The notes beneath the pieces were generated by a model. It was not told the origin of the DNA. It ran no database searches and worked only from the letters and a program-made list of their open reading frames with translations. Shown one piece after another: positions 49,850-62,300 of a stretch of 64,000 nt of DNA. Where the stretch lies: assembly GCF_036365525.1 (NCBI RefSeq), contig NC_090378.1, positions 118,529,593 to 118,593,592 of the forward strand. Reading direction: 5' to 3'. Source of the stretch: Heterodontus francisci. Lineage: Eukaryota. Position 1 is the first letter of the stretch; each line of letters starts with the position of its first letter. The position numbers were made by a program, and so were the translations under genes.

Positions 49850-52800
49850 AAGTAAAACATGGCAGGGAACCTCAGCCCTGTGGAATACACATCCTGTGTC
49901 ATGTGGGAAATCCTGGACACTTCTCATGACCTGGATGACCACATGTACAGGAAGTGTCACCGGTTACAGCAGCTCGAGCTCTGGGTTTCGGAGTTTGAGC
50001 ACTGACTGGAGTCACGATGCAGCATCCACGAGGCTGAGAGCTTTCTGGAGGTGGTCACCCTACAGTTTAAAAATGTGCTGGCAGAGGGGGAATGGGTGAG
50101 GGCCAGAAGAACAAGGAGGACCAGGCATGCAGGACAGTGATCCCATGAGTGCATCTCACTCTCCAACTGGTATTCAGTTCTGAATACTGGTCAGAGTGAT
50201 GGTTCCACTGGGGAGTGCAGGCAGAGCCAAGTCCACAGCACCATGGGTGACTCAGCTGTACAGGGAGGGAGGAAGAAGAGTGGAAGAGCAATAGTGGGAG
50301 GGGATTCGATAGTGAGGAGAATAGACAGGCACTTCTGTGACTGCAGAGGTGTCTCCATGATGGTATGTTGCCTCCCTGGTGCCAGGGACAAGGATATCAC
50401 TGAGCGACTGCAGGACATTCTGACGGGGGAGAGTGAACAGCCAGAGGTCGTGGTCCATATTGGCACCAATGACAGAGGCAGAAGGAGGGATGAGGTTCTG
50501 AAGCAGAATTTAGGCAGCTTGGAGGGAGATTGAAAAGCAGAACCTCAAAAGTATTAATCTCCAGATTACTCCCAGTGCCACGTATTAGTGATTACAGAAA
50601 TAGGAAGATAGAACTGATGAATACATAGAGCTGGAGAGATTATGCAGGAGGGAGGGCTTTAGATTCCTGAGGCTTTGGGACTGCTTCTGGAGGAGGTGGG
50701 ACCTGTACAAGACGGACTGTTTGCAAATCAACAGGGCCGGGACCAATATCCTCGCAGTGAGTTTTACTCGTGCTGTTGGGGAGAGTTTAAACTAGCTGAG
50801 CACAGGGATGGGAACCTGAGAGTAGATTCAGAAGAGAGAGAAGAAAAGTTCGAAATGGAAGGCAGTAAATTAGTCAGCGTCTTTGGAAGGCAGAGAAAAC
50901 GAAGGTTAGAAAATAAACAAGGGAGTTTGACAGAGCTAAATAATATATCCTTCAATACAAGTTGAGGAAATAAGGCAGATGAGCTGACAGCACAGATTGA
51001 CACATGGCAGTATGATATTATAGCGATTACTGAGACATGGCTGAAAGAAGGGCAGGAATGGCAGCTCAACATTCCTAGTTACAGGGATTTCAGACGAGAC
51101 AGAGATGGGGATATCTCAGGAGGGGGTGAGTTGCAATATTGATTAAAGAAACAATTATAGCTGTGAGGAGAGAAGATATGGTAGAAGGATAAACAAATGT
51201 TGCCATATGGGTTGAACTGAAGAACAAAACAGGGGCAATCACACTACTGGGAGTGTGCTATAGACCCTGAAACTGTTAGGAGAGAGAAGAGCAAATATGT
51301 GGACAAATTTCAGAACTGCAAAAACAATTAAACAGTGGGGGATTTCAACTGCCCCAATATTAACTGGGGTAGAGTTTATGTGAAAGACTCAGTGGTCACA
51401 GAATTCTTCAAATGCATTGAGGAGAACATTGTTATCCAGTATGTATCAAGTCCAAAAAGAGGGATTGTGAGACTGGACAAAATTTTAGGGAATGAAGCTG
51501 GGCAGGTGGAAGGGGGATCGGACGGGGCGCACTTTGATGGAAGTGATCATAATTCAGTTTGATTTAGAATAGTTATGGAAAAGGACAAAGACAGACCAGG
51601 AATAAAAGTTCTCAACTGGGGAAAGCTAATTTTACTAAGCTGAAATGTGATTTAGCTATATGGGATTGGAAACAGTTACTTGAAAGTAAATCAGTGCTGG
51701 ATCAGTGGGAGGCATTCAAGGAAGAGATAGTGAGGGTTCAGAGCAAGTTTAGTTTAGAGAGAGATACAGCACTGAAACAGGCCCTTCGGCCCACCAAGTC
51801 TGTGCCGACCATCAACCACCCATTTATACTAATCCTACACTAATCCCATATTCCTACCACATCCCCACCTGTCCCTATATATTTCCCTACCACCTACCTA
51901 TACTAGGGGCAATTTATAATGGCCAATTAACCTATCAACCTGCAAGTCTTTGGCATGTGGGAGGAAACCGGAGCACCCGGAGGAAACCCACGCTGACACA
52001 GGGAGAACTTGCAAACTCCGCACAGGCAGTACCCAGAATCGAACCCAGGTCCCTGGAGCTGTGAGGCTGCGGTGCTAACCACTGCGCCACTGTGCCGCCC
52101 TTAAAGAAATATGTTCCCTTAAAGAAAAAGTGTGGGACTAACAAATCCAGAGTCTTGTGGATGTCAAGGGGCTGAAAGGAGAGGATAAAGTAAAACAGGA
52201 AGATTAATGACAGATACCAAGGCAGAAAATCGAGAGGAGTATAAAAAGTGTAGGGGTGAAATTAAAAAGGAAATTAGGAAAGCAAAGAGAGGGCATGAAA
52301 AAAATTGGCAAGTCAAGTAAAATCAAGAAAACTAAAGGTTGTTTTATAAATACAGAAAGGCAGGATTATAATGAAAGAAAGAGTAGAGCCTATTTGGGTC
52401 CACCAGGGTAACCTGTGGATGAAGGAGGAGGATTCGCATTTGTTTTCACTAAAGAGAGGGATGATACAGAAATTGCAATCAGGGAGGAGGAGTGTGCAAT
52501 GTTAGATAAAACTAATATAATGAGATGAGATATTAAGGGATTTAACATGTTTGAAAGTGGTTAAATCACCAAGCCCAGATGAAATGCATCCTAGGCTGTT
52601 AAATGAAGCAAGAGAAGAAACAGCAGAGGCTCTGACCATCATTTTCCAATATTCTCTGTCTACAGGTGTGGTGCCAGAGGACTGGAGGACAGTTCACATT
52701 GTCCCATTGTTTAAAACGGGAGAAAGGAATAGACCGAGTAATTATAGGCCAGTCAGCCTACCTCCGGTGGTGGGAAAAATATTGGAAAAAGCTCTGAGGG

Positions 52801-53192
52801 ACAGGATAAATCTTCATTTAGTCATACATGGATTAGTCAAAGATATTCAGCATGGATTTGTTAAGGGAAGGTTGTGTCTGACTAACGTGATTGAATTTTT
52901 TGAAGAGGAAACAAGGAGGGTCGATGAGGGTAGTGCATTTGATGTAGTCTATATGGATTATACCTAGGTTTATGATAAAGTCCCAGATGACAGACTGGTC
53001 ATGAAAGAAAAAGCCCAGGGGACCAAGGCAAAGTGACAAGATGGATTCAAAATTGGCTCAGAGGCAGGAAACAAAGGATAATGGTTGATGGGTGTTTTTG
53101 TGACTGGAAGACTGTTTCCAAATGGGTTCTGCAGGGTTCAGTACCAGGTCCCTTGCTTTTTGCAGGATATATCAATGATTTGGACTTCAATG
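49850..53192 (+). mobile_element. Long degraded CR1 LINE (ORF1 esterase, ORF2 endonuclease and RT), 3' part missing
   Basis: ORF1 SGNH-esterase motifs GDSIVR...CLPGA...VVVHIGTND. APE motifs GDFNCPNINW and SDHN. RT motifs SPSPDEMHPRLL...NYRPVSL...QHGFVKGR...QGSVPGPLLF. Many stops and frameshifts. Confidence 0.9.
51746..52100 (-). mobile_element. tRNA-derived V-SINE (HE1-like shark SINE), full length, nested in CR1
   Basis: A box TGGCGCAGTGG, B box GGTTCGATTC, V-core gtgcggagtttgcaagttctccc...gggtttcctccgggtgctccggtttcctcccaca, CR1-type tail gggccgaagggcctg, ending in (TAAAC)n. Confidence 0.92.
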
Positions 53193-53636
53193 TAAAGGCC
53201 TGTGACCCGACCGGGACCCGACGACATGTGTTGGGTTCAGGTCGGGTTGGGCCCCTCTTCCAGGTCCGGCTTTCGGGCTCAGGTCGGGCCGGGTTCGGGT
53301 CCGGGTCCGGGTCCGGGTCAGGCCGGACACAGATGGTTATTGCTCTGCTGGTCAGTATTAAAATTAAATAAAACGTACCTGAGCTGGGAGTGCGGGACGT
53401 CAAGCAGGGAAACTGAGTGTGTGCAGTTAGTGAGTGACGTCTCTATGATGCCATCACACACATGCTGCAGCTTCCTGGACGTTCCGAGTCGGAAGGTAAG
53501 TAAAGGGATAGTCGAGTCGGGCTCGGGTCGGGCTTGGGGCAAAATCGGAGGGACTCAGGCCGGGTCGGGCTCGGGTCCACTGTGGTTCGGTCTGGTTTGG
53601 GTTGGGTTCTTTTTCCCTAACCTGAGCAGGTCTTTA
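53193..53636. mobile_element. Non-autonomous hAT-type DNA transposon (MITE), 444 bp
   Basis: Imperfect TIRs TAAAGGCCTG...CAGGTCTTTA, 8-bp TSD cttcaatg (53185-53192) and cttcaatc (53637-53644), and many subterminal TCGGG/CCGGG motifs. Confidence 0.85.
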
Positions 53637-53919
53637 CTTCAATCAGGCACAGAAATCAAATACCTGTACATTGAAACTTTACTGCCTTAATGCAGACAGT
53701 TCTATACAAAAGCATTGCCAGATTCCAAAATGCTGTTAACATAAAAATATACCTTATCTTCATGTGACCGGCTGACAAAATTTATGGCCTGACACTCCTG
53801 TGATGCATCTTGGACAATTTTATGATGTTGATAAAAGCGAGATAAATAAAGTTATTATTACTGTTACTACCTCTGACAGAACCTTTTTCAAATGTAATTC
53901 TTTGTGATCAAAATATAAA

Positions 53920-54025
53920 TGGGATCTAATGAAAGATCACAGACATGAAACACTAACTCAGTTTCTCTCTCCAGAGATGCTGCCAGACTTCCTGAGTATT
54001 TTCAGCATTTTCTGTTTTTATTTCA
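53920..54025 (+). mobile_element. Penelope-like element terminal remnant with a degenerate hammerhead core
   Basis: ctaatgaaagatcacagacatgaaac...ctctctccagagatgctgccagacttcctgagtattttcagcattttctgttttt matches, from memory, the abundant shark Penelope-derived repeat. Confidence 0.55.
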
Positions 54026-56999
54026 ATAAGTTGCATTACAGGCCCAGGATGGAATCGAGCAGGTGATTCTAATAAATTGCAAAAACTATTCATTATATCG
54101 GGCCATTGTTGAGTGACCAACTACCAAGTGCTACCTGAATCAGCAGTAAACTCTTTCTGTACAGCGTAGCAACTTTAGTATTCTTTCAGTGTTTTTGCTG
54201 ATGAATCCCTTTCCCTCATGTCGGCTATTTCACGGGACAGATGTCACAGACAGCACTCCAAGCAAGAGCAGTGACCAGCCGAAATCCCCTCAGAGCGGGA
54301 GCTCGGGGGAGAACATGGACTTGGTCAGTGATTTGATTTATGTGAAATACAAGCTTGGCTTGTTTTGTGTAATATTTTATATCCTTTAAATATGTTCGAA
54401 GGAAGCTTTGCGTGTTAAAACATATTGTCACACTAATAACCAAAATCTTTAATTTTAATTCTTTTAAGATCATTAATGACTTCATGGTTGACCATAAAGT
54501 TAGCACCTGGGCTGTGACTGTAGCAGCTTAAAGTGCATAGTCCATCAAAAACGGTATTTTGGGATCAAATCTAGTAAACTGCTGCCCAAATCGCAACAAC
54601 GTAATACACCTCCCTGCATGCACACCAGATTCCCTCTTGAATGCAGGCTTTGTTTTTTCTATAGTTGACCTTTAGTTGCTATTTAGCATCTTCTCTACAG
54701 AAGGGTGGTGTTTCCTGGAAGTTTATCAGTAAGCTGGTATCATTGGTTTTAGTAGAAAGTGTCTCTCACCTGTTCCCTGGAAATTTCAGCAATTCAGTCT
54801 TTTAGCAGTTCAGTTAACCATTATTATATCTGTTCTGCATCTTTAGGGTCCTATTTCTGCTTTAAAATACCCTCCCTATTTATGGATTCTCCTCTTTTGG
54901 TCCTTATACACCCCCTCTTCAGTGCCTTTATTGCTTCTTCATTACCAATATTCTGCACTCACCTGGTAAGAGCTGCATTAGAATGAACTGAGTGATTTGA
55001 CTCCTAATTTCCTTACTTCTAACTCTCTCTATTTCTAGTTCTTGCTGTCTCTTTCTGTCTCTCGAGCTCTTGCCTGCATGTGCGCTGGCTGGCTTTCTCA
55101 TTCAGGCAAGCTCACCAATACTTTTTTGCACTCATGCTCTTTCTTGACTTGTTCAAGCCGAGCAGCACCACAGGATATGTTTTAACTTCATCCTATATAG
55201 GTGGATGCTGCAAAGTTACAATGAGTAACTGGGTGAGGCAGGCAAGTAAATATCTGCATAGATATAGGAGTGTTCAAATACTGAGTGTTCAACTGAAAAG
55301 CAAAGGGATTATTTGATAACTTAGAGTTAAAACAGTAGCATAAGTATTCAAATGTAATGGCCGTGATGAATTTGTGCATGCCATGTGCTAACAATCTAAC
55401 TGGGTAATTTACAAACGTGCTAAATGATGAACTGTCAATGTTGGCTTATCAACCAGTGGATGTGAGATGGCGGCATCATTCTTCGGAGCAGATTTTGGCT
55501 GAGCGAGGGAGGAAAACCAATGGAAAGATTTCACAGTTTAACTATCATGGAATCATGCATTACTTCCCCTTCTCAAGACCAAGCTGTTGTATCCACAATG
55601 CCTCCATTTTTTTTGCGGGGTGGGGTGTGGTAAGTGCCAGGGAGTTTCATGGCACAATAGATGTAACTGGGAAGAGGGAACTTTCTGAGATATAATCATT
55701 GACACACTTTATCAAAAACAAATTTCTGCAGTCATCTGAATTATCGTCTCATTCACCCATTCGCCCTGTGGACACTGTCTCCTCGAGAGTATCATCCTCG
55801 CTGAGTAGTGTGTCGTCATCATCATCATCATCGTCCCACACTCCCAAGGTTCCCAGGCGTTCCATCTTCGCAGCCGTCTGCAGTTGGATTCAGAAGTGTT
55901 CTGTTAGAACAACTTCCGGCAATTGGGCTCTCAAGTGTTCTGCCTCAGTGACTGCCTGCATTTCAAAAGTGGCATTTCCTGGGTGCAGGCAGAAGAATGG
56001 CCACGATAACATCGGAATCAGGCAAGAGGATGACGATCTGCACCAAAGCACTTTGGTAAGTACATGGATTGTTTCTATTAGTCATGTTCATGCTGCTCAA
56101 TGGCTGTTGCTTCGGTCAATATATTCACAGACATTTAAAAAAAGTTCCTCTTGTATTTAAGAAAAAAATTACCTCAGACCATTTGTTGCCATCTAGTCAT
56201 ATTGAAGATGGCGGTGTGGCTGCTATTAGTGCTAATTCGCAATGTCTAATTTCCACATTGTTGATATCTTTTCTGTCTCTTGAGTATTTTGGCCATCATT
56301 TCAACTTTCTTTTGGAATGTTGCAGCACTGTTTGAGTTTTGCTGACATTACTCATTAAATGTACAGGCCACACCAAGGTGTGGCACACTCATACCCTTAT
56401 TCAGGGAATGAGCTGAAATCTATTAATTTCTGATTTCTCCCCATCCTTGTACCTGATTGCAACAATGTCCCAAGCAGGTACAGATTGAACGCTGGGTTCT
56501 ACAATTAGTGTGTAGCTAACCACAGGCACCTCCTGTTAGTTAATTGAGTAATAATAGCAGAGTCCTTGAACAGTTTTTCTTCCTTGGCCTTGGCTCACGT
56601 GAAGTTTCAAAGATGGGAAGAGAGCAAATGAAAAATAGGAGTGGAGAAAGGTACAGTCCAAAATAGAATTGTCACCATGTGACTGATTCAAAAATGACTA
56701 ATCAAACCTAAACATTATTGGTCACATGGGTAACACGCTGGCCATATAACTTAATGACCCACTCGTATATTTTATGTTGGGAAAAATTATTTCAAGCCTC
56801 TTTGATTGAAAACATGGAATCAGTCCATTGCAAGATATGAAATGGGAATTTTTAATACAGCAGAGTGGGTGTATAAAGGCAACGAATGGTCAGAATTTTC
56901 ATCTTATTACTGATCTAATCAGCCTTTACAGCCTGTATCAAATCTTCACATCACCTTCTCTGCTGTAAGGAGAACAACCACAGCTTTGAGTTAGAATTT

Positions 57000-57275
57000 C
57001 AGGTGAGAAAGGAGGAATGAGAGGAGAGGGAGAGAGAGAGTGCTTTCCAGAGGGAAAAGTTTGAGAAGGAATTACAAGCACAAAAAGACAGTGAAATCAG
57101 ACAGATAGAATTGGTGAGGGAAAAATTGTCTTTACGTAGTGGAGAAGCCGCTGGTAATTTAAATGATCCTAGTCCAGAGACAAGCTGTGATTTCTTACGC
57201 TATTCCTGGTTAGTATCCAAATTTGAAGATGATGATATTGAAGCCTTGTCTCACATACTTTGAGAAGAGGTTGCT
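57000..57275 (+). mobile_element. Degraded Gypsy gag fragment related to the element at 59325-63660
   Basis: An E/R-rich stretch followed by LVSKFEDDDIEA and, after a frameshift, YFEK, paralleling PKFNDEDVEAFFVSFEK of ORF 62402-62683. Confidence 0.5.
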
Positions 57276-58202
57276 GAGACAGAACACTTGCGAACCTTGC
57301 CTTTTGGAAAGGTTTTGCACTTTTTATAAAATATATTCATGAAATGTAATTAATTTTCTATTTCTTCATGTTACTGACCAAGATAGGACACCTGTTATTT
57401 TGCAGAGAGCCTCATCCAATCAGACCCTGGAAACAGAACCTCCAGAGAATTCTCAGTTCACACAGACCATTTCACAAGATCGAGGTGAGGGGTGAAAATT
57501 GTCTCAATTTGATAAATCTATCCCAAAAGATACATAAACCTCTGCCAGCAGATTTATATTTTCTTCTGATTTCACAAAAAGCTGGGAAAATCCAGATTCT
57601 TATAATTGAACTAACCCAACTGCACTCAGCAGGATCCAACTTGGAGTCATTTAGCTTCACATTACTCAGTAACAAGCTATTTGTCAGCACCTAATGAAAA
57701 CATAAAGCCTCCTCCAGTTTAGTGGCTCATGTCAGCTAATCCCTCGAAAAGCTATATTGTGTCATAGGTACAAATCTGGAGTTGATTGTGGATTTAACTA
57801 AAAATAATTCAGAATTTATCAGCATTATTCTGGTTTCTTCATTGTAATTCAAATTGATTATTCAACAATGCATTAAACATTTTATTTTACTGAAATCAAG
57901 AACCATCTTTTTTCAGTTGGCTGCAGAGCACCTTGACGATGAAGCAGGAAGATTCAATGGGGTCCTCAGCACCTAATGTGCTAATCAGTGACACCCTCCC
58001 CACCACCTTTTCTGGTGAAAAGTGGAGACCAGAAAAAAGTTGAAGACAGGATCAGCCTTCATGGCTGTGATTCTCTCATGATTAAAAATCCTGTCAACTC
58101 CCACTGTCCAGATTCCACCAAGCAGAAGGCCTCATTAGGTGAGGATTCCCAGTGCCTGTGGAATGATATTCCAGTCAGAGTTTTAAAAAATTCTCTGGAT
58201 AC

Positions 58203-58375
58203 AAGCATCACTGGTAAAGCTGTCATTTATTGTTCATCCCTCATTGCCCTGAGAAGGTGGTGGGACAGGCCCTATCATTGAGCCGCTGCTGTTTTTTTGA
58301 TGATGGTGTTTCCCCATTTGTATTAGGTAGGGAATTCCAAGATTCAGACACAACAATGAAGGAAGAATGACGTTT
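58203..58375 (-). mobile_element. 3'-end fragment of the same LINE family as 37804-41060
   Basis: gcatcactgg...catttattgttcatccctcattgccctgagaaggtggtg aligns by eye with 37831-37892. Confidence 0.7.
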
Positions 58376-58384
58376 GTCAATGTT

Positions 58385-58673
58385 TTGCAGTGGTAACTCA
58401 ATAGCTGTTTAACTGTTGGACCAGAGTAAAAACCCAATTGTTCATTCATGTTCTTTAAGAAAGGAAACCTGATATCCTTACCTGGCCTGGCCCATGCATG
58501 GTTGACCCTTAACTGCCCTCTGAAGAGGCTTAGCAAGCCACCTAATTCTATCAAACTGTGAAGAAAAAGGCAGCCAGTACTGATCTTCTCGGGGGGGGGG
58601 GGGGGTAACTAAGGACAGGGAATAAATTCTGGTTGTGCCAGCAATACTCATATCCTGAGAATGGATTTTAAAA
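58385..58673 (+). mobile_element. Internally deleted, SINE-like derivative of the 37804-41060 LINE family
   Basis: 58428-58545 aligns with the reverse complement of about 40770-40905 (5' UTR). It is joined directly to 58560-58673, which aligns with the reverse complement of about 37804-37905 (3' tail). Confidence 0.7.
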
Positions 58674-59324
58674 TGTTTTTCTTTTCAGTTATTGGGCCTA
58701 TGCAATAATGGTGTAAACCTTCAAACTTTTCACTTGTGGGTTTGTGATACATTCTGAATCCTTGCAACAAATTCTAATCCTATTACTCTCAGCCATTCAT
58801 AATTCTACATCTAGATTATAGTTGGATGCTTTATCCAATCAACACGATAAAAATGTATGTGTAAATACCAATGTACATTTCTCCTGCTTTTCAGAGTTGG
58901 TGATATCAGAGAAGGCCAATGTGTTCCGTGCTTGGTACCCTGCGAACCTTGACCTTCTCCTGAGAATTCCAAACACAGACGAACTGGCTTGGCTGCAAAC
59001 GCAATCGTGCTCGACACTACCCAGAGCACCCAAAGAGGGAACCTTGATGCATACACTAAGCAGGATTACACTGTGAGGAGACAAACGTTTTATGCAGGTG
59101 TGATCTACCACTCAGTAGTGGGATAGCCCTTGAGATCTTTAGCAGACCTTTCCTGCCTTCTCTTATTTTTCCAGTTCTTCAATCTCTTCTGCAGGCACAG
59201 AATCAAACTTATCTTCAACAAAGGACAACTGCAAGAAATTAGAAAAAAGTTTATGATTGCCATTATGTTCCAATTGTTTTGAATTCATGTTCAGCTTTAT
59301 ATTTTACTGTTATTTTGTATACAT

Positions 59325-62300
59325 TGTTATGACTAAGTGAGAAAGGTGTCGAGGGCTCCTTTTCAACCTTCACCTGGACTACTGCAGCAGGATTTAATTT
59401 GAAACACACTGTGTTTTGAGCTCCCTCTTGGTGAATCCTTGTTCACCGCTTTCCAATTATAAGACAAAGAAATGAGCACAAACAGGCATTCTTAGGTTTA
59501 AAGAGAAGTGAAATTTATTAAAACTTAAATTTGAACTCTAATCCGGTTAACGCCTACGGATACACGCCGCGCCCCTCGCTAGCATGCATACGCGATATGC
59601 ACATGCAAATAGAGACAGAAAAGAGCAGAAGAAAGATAAAGTGAAGAGGTCTGAGGCAATCTCTGAACAGTTTCTTGTTACTGTGCTTCGAACTCACTGT
59701 AGAGTCCTTTTGTAGGCAGTTCTTGCTGGAGGTAATTCTTGCTTTTCGTTGGGGCCCAGTATTCTTCTTAAACCTTGTTCCCTGTAGGAGACATTTCTCT
59801 CTTTTAGGGTTCCATTGTCTACAATGGATTCCAAAGCTGGGGAGAATGAGATGAGAGGAGACAAGATAGAGATGTTCCCAATCCAGGAGCCAGCAGCTTT
59901 CTGTCTTCAGATTCTCTGTGGCGAGTTCAAAACCTGCAACAGCCAGTTCGTCATATGACTAAACTGGTCTGATCATGTCTTCTGTGTACTGGGAGGAGGG
60001 ACAGGTTCCTTTATTCCAACATTGTCTGCTAGTGTGCAAAAATGTCTTTCCGGCTAGGGGCCTGGCAATTCCTTGTAATAGACCCTCTTTTCTTCCCAGC
60101 AACAATTTGAAGTTTAATGTCCATGTGGCAAAATTTATGTGCCTCATTCTTGGCTGGTGGGGGCCTGCACAACACCTTCAGACCCTGGGGAATGAAATGC
60201 GATTTGAAAAAAAGATATTTCATTAAAAGGTGCGAGAGAAAGAAAACCATGTATTTCGCTCATTCATTTCCATGCATTCATAAATCTTAAAGCTTAATAA
60301 AATTGTCTTTTCTGGGTGCTGCTTTAATTTCCCCTTTTTGGCATCCCAGCAACCAGGTGGTTCTTTGGGGAAGCTTTTCTTCAGTTTGCCCAATGCCCAA
60401 TTACTTCAGGGGATGTTTGGTTCCCTTTTTCTCTGACTGTAAGGGAAAATTCTTTGTTAATCTGCCCTTTGTTCTCTGAGACACTCATACCTGTAGGTAG
60501 TTGTGCAGACTTGACCGTATTCTCCTGTGGCACTTTGGCTAGGTGAGGCATCACCCTCATGGTTTCTGTGCCTCCCCTAGAGGTCTCTCTTTATCGCTGC
60601 AGGTTCCTGTAAATGATGTTAGCAATTCTGGTGGGGTGCTTCTAGAGTCTGCATTTACGTAGGAGGATGTGGGGTCCAACTTTTCACACTTTTCGGGGTT
60701 GGCTGACCAGACAGTAGGGATTTTCTTCAGGACTTTCTCTCGGGCTTCCTTTAACCTGCCCTCTTGGTCACTTTTTCCCCTACTTTTTCTGAACTTTTGC
60801 CAGCCTTGCACCTGCCTGTCCCTTTTTGTTCTTGGTCGAGGTCCCTTACAGTGCACCAGCCTTCAGATGGAGGGTCTGCCTAACACCAGTACAGGACATA
60901 GGGATGCATGTTTCATCGTAGGTCGGGGTTTCCCCTCAATCTGCCATATGTAGCAACTCCTCCAGTACTCCGCCATATCTTTGTGCAGTTTTGGCCAGTC
61001 AAACTGCTGTCTTATGCGGGCTTTGGTCTTTCGTATACTGACATGTACAGCCACTGTGGTCTCGTAGGCCCTTCTTAATATTTCCAACCGGTACCTCTGC
61101 GGAACCACTAATTGGTGAACTAATGCCCTCTCCTTGCTCTCAGGTCTGTGAGGAGAACTCCATTTCCTCATCAGTACCTCATTCTTTAAATAGTAGCAAT
61201 TAGGGACTCCCTCTGCTTCTCTTTCAGACCAGACAACCCATGCTAACTCTCGCAATACTGGGTCAGCTTGCTGAGCCACAGCTAGGGATAATCCATTTAA
61301 TTCATTCCCTGGGTCTTCTAACTTTCCAAAGAATGTCTCGGACAGGCAGACCTCATGGTCATCTGCCTGCAGTGCAAATGCAGTAATTTCTGGGGGAGCT
61401 GGTTTGATCATGGCCCGATCCACTACACATTCAGGGAAACTGCAGGAGACCATCTCCTGCCACTGCCCTGTCTTTCTGACCTCCTGTGGTCTTTCTTTCA
61501 CTACTTGGTGGGGGGGTTGGGGCTACCACCTTCACCCTCGCCAGATCATTACCACGGAACAGGTCAATCTTGTCCACAGACAAACTAGGGACAATCCCTA
61601 CGGTCACTGATCTCGAAACAACGTTGCACTCCAGGTGCACCCGGTAATCAGGTACAGTTATACACTGCCCTCCAACACCATTCACAACCATTTTGGTATT
61701 CACTGCACTCCCTGGGGGAAAGGTCAGGCCTTTTCCCAGTAAAAGGGATCTAGTGGGTCCTGTGTCCCTGAGAATTACTCTGGGCTTGCTGGCCTCACTC
61801 GAGGGGTATGGGGTTAATTTCCCTTCAAACACAAAACCCTGATAGCCTTCAGGAATCCTATCAGCTTTTCCAGCACTGGCTGTAGTAAGCTTCCTGGGTT
61901 GCATTCTTGCTGCAGTTAAAGCCACAGCTTGTTCTGTGTTTTGCACCAGGTCCCCGTCTTCACTGAGCAGGTGTGCCCTGATTAATCCTATCGATTTTCC
62001 CTTTAGTTTCCAGCAGTCAGCTTTTAAATACCCTGCTTTATTACAATGGAAGCACACAGGTCTCCGAGTCTCACTCTTGCTCACTGCACCTTCCTTTTTG
62101 TCTGGAGGAGGGCCCCCTGTGTCTCCTGCTTTCCTTTCTCTCCCAGGATTGCCTGGGTGGAGATCACCTTCCCACCCTTTGTCCTTTTCGGATTTGTGGG
62201 AGTGATTAGGAAAGGTTTTCCCCTGGGAAACCGACCTATAAATTAAAGCAAACACATCAGCCAGAATGGCCTCTTGCCAGCCTCTCTGGACGCACTGCTC

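Noticed and set aside
52030-52100. Possible tRNA genes (also 40975-41060)
   Set aside because: The A/B boxes belong to retroposon heads followed by element bodies; no full cloverleaf.
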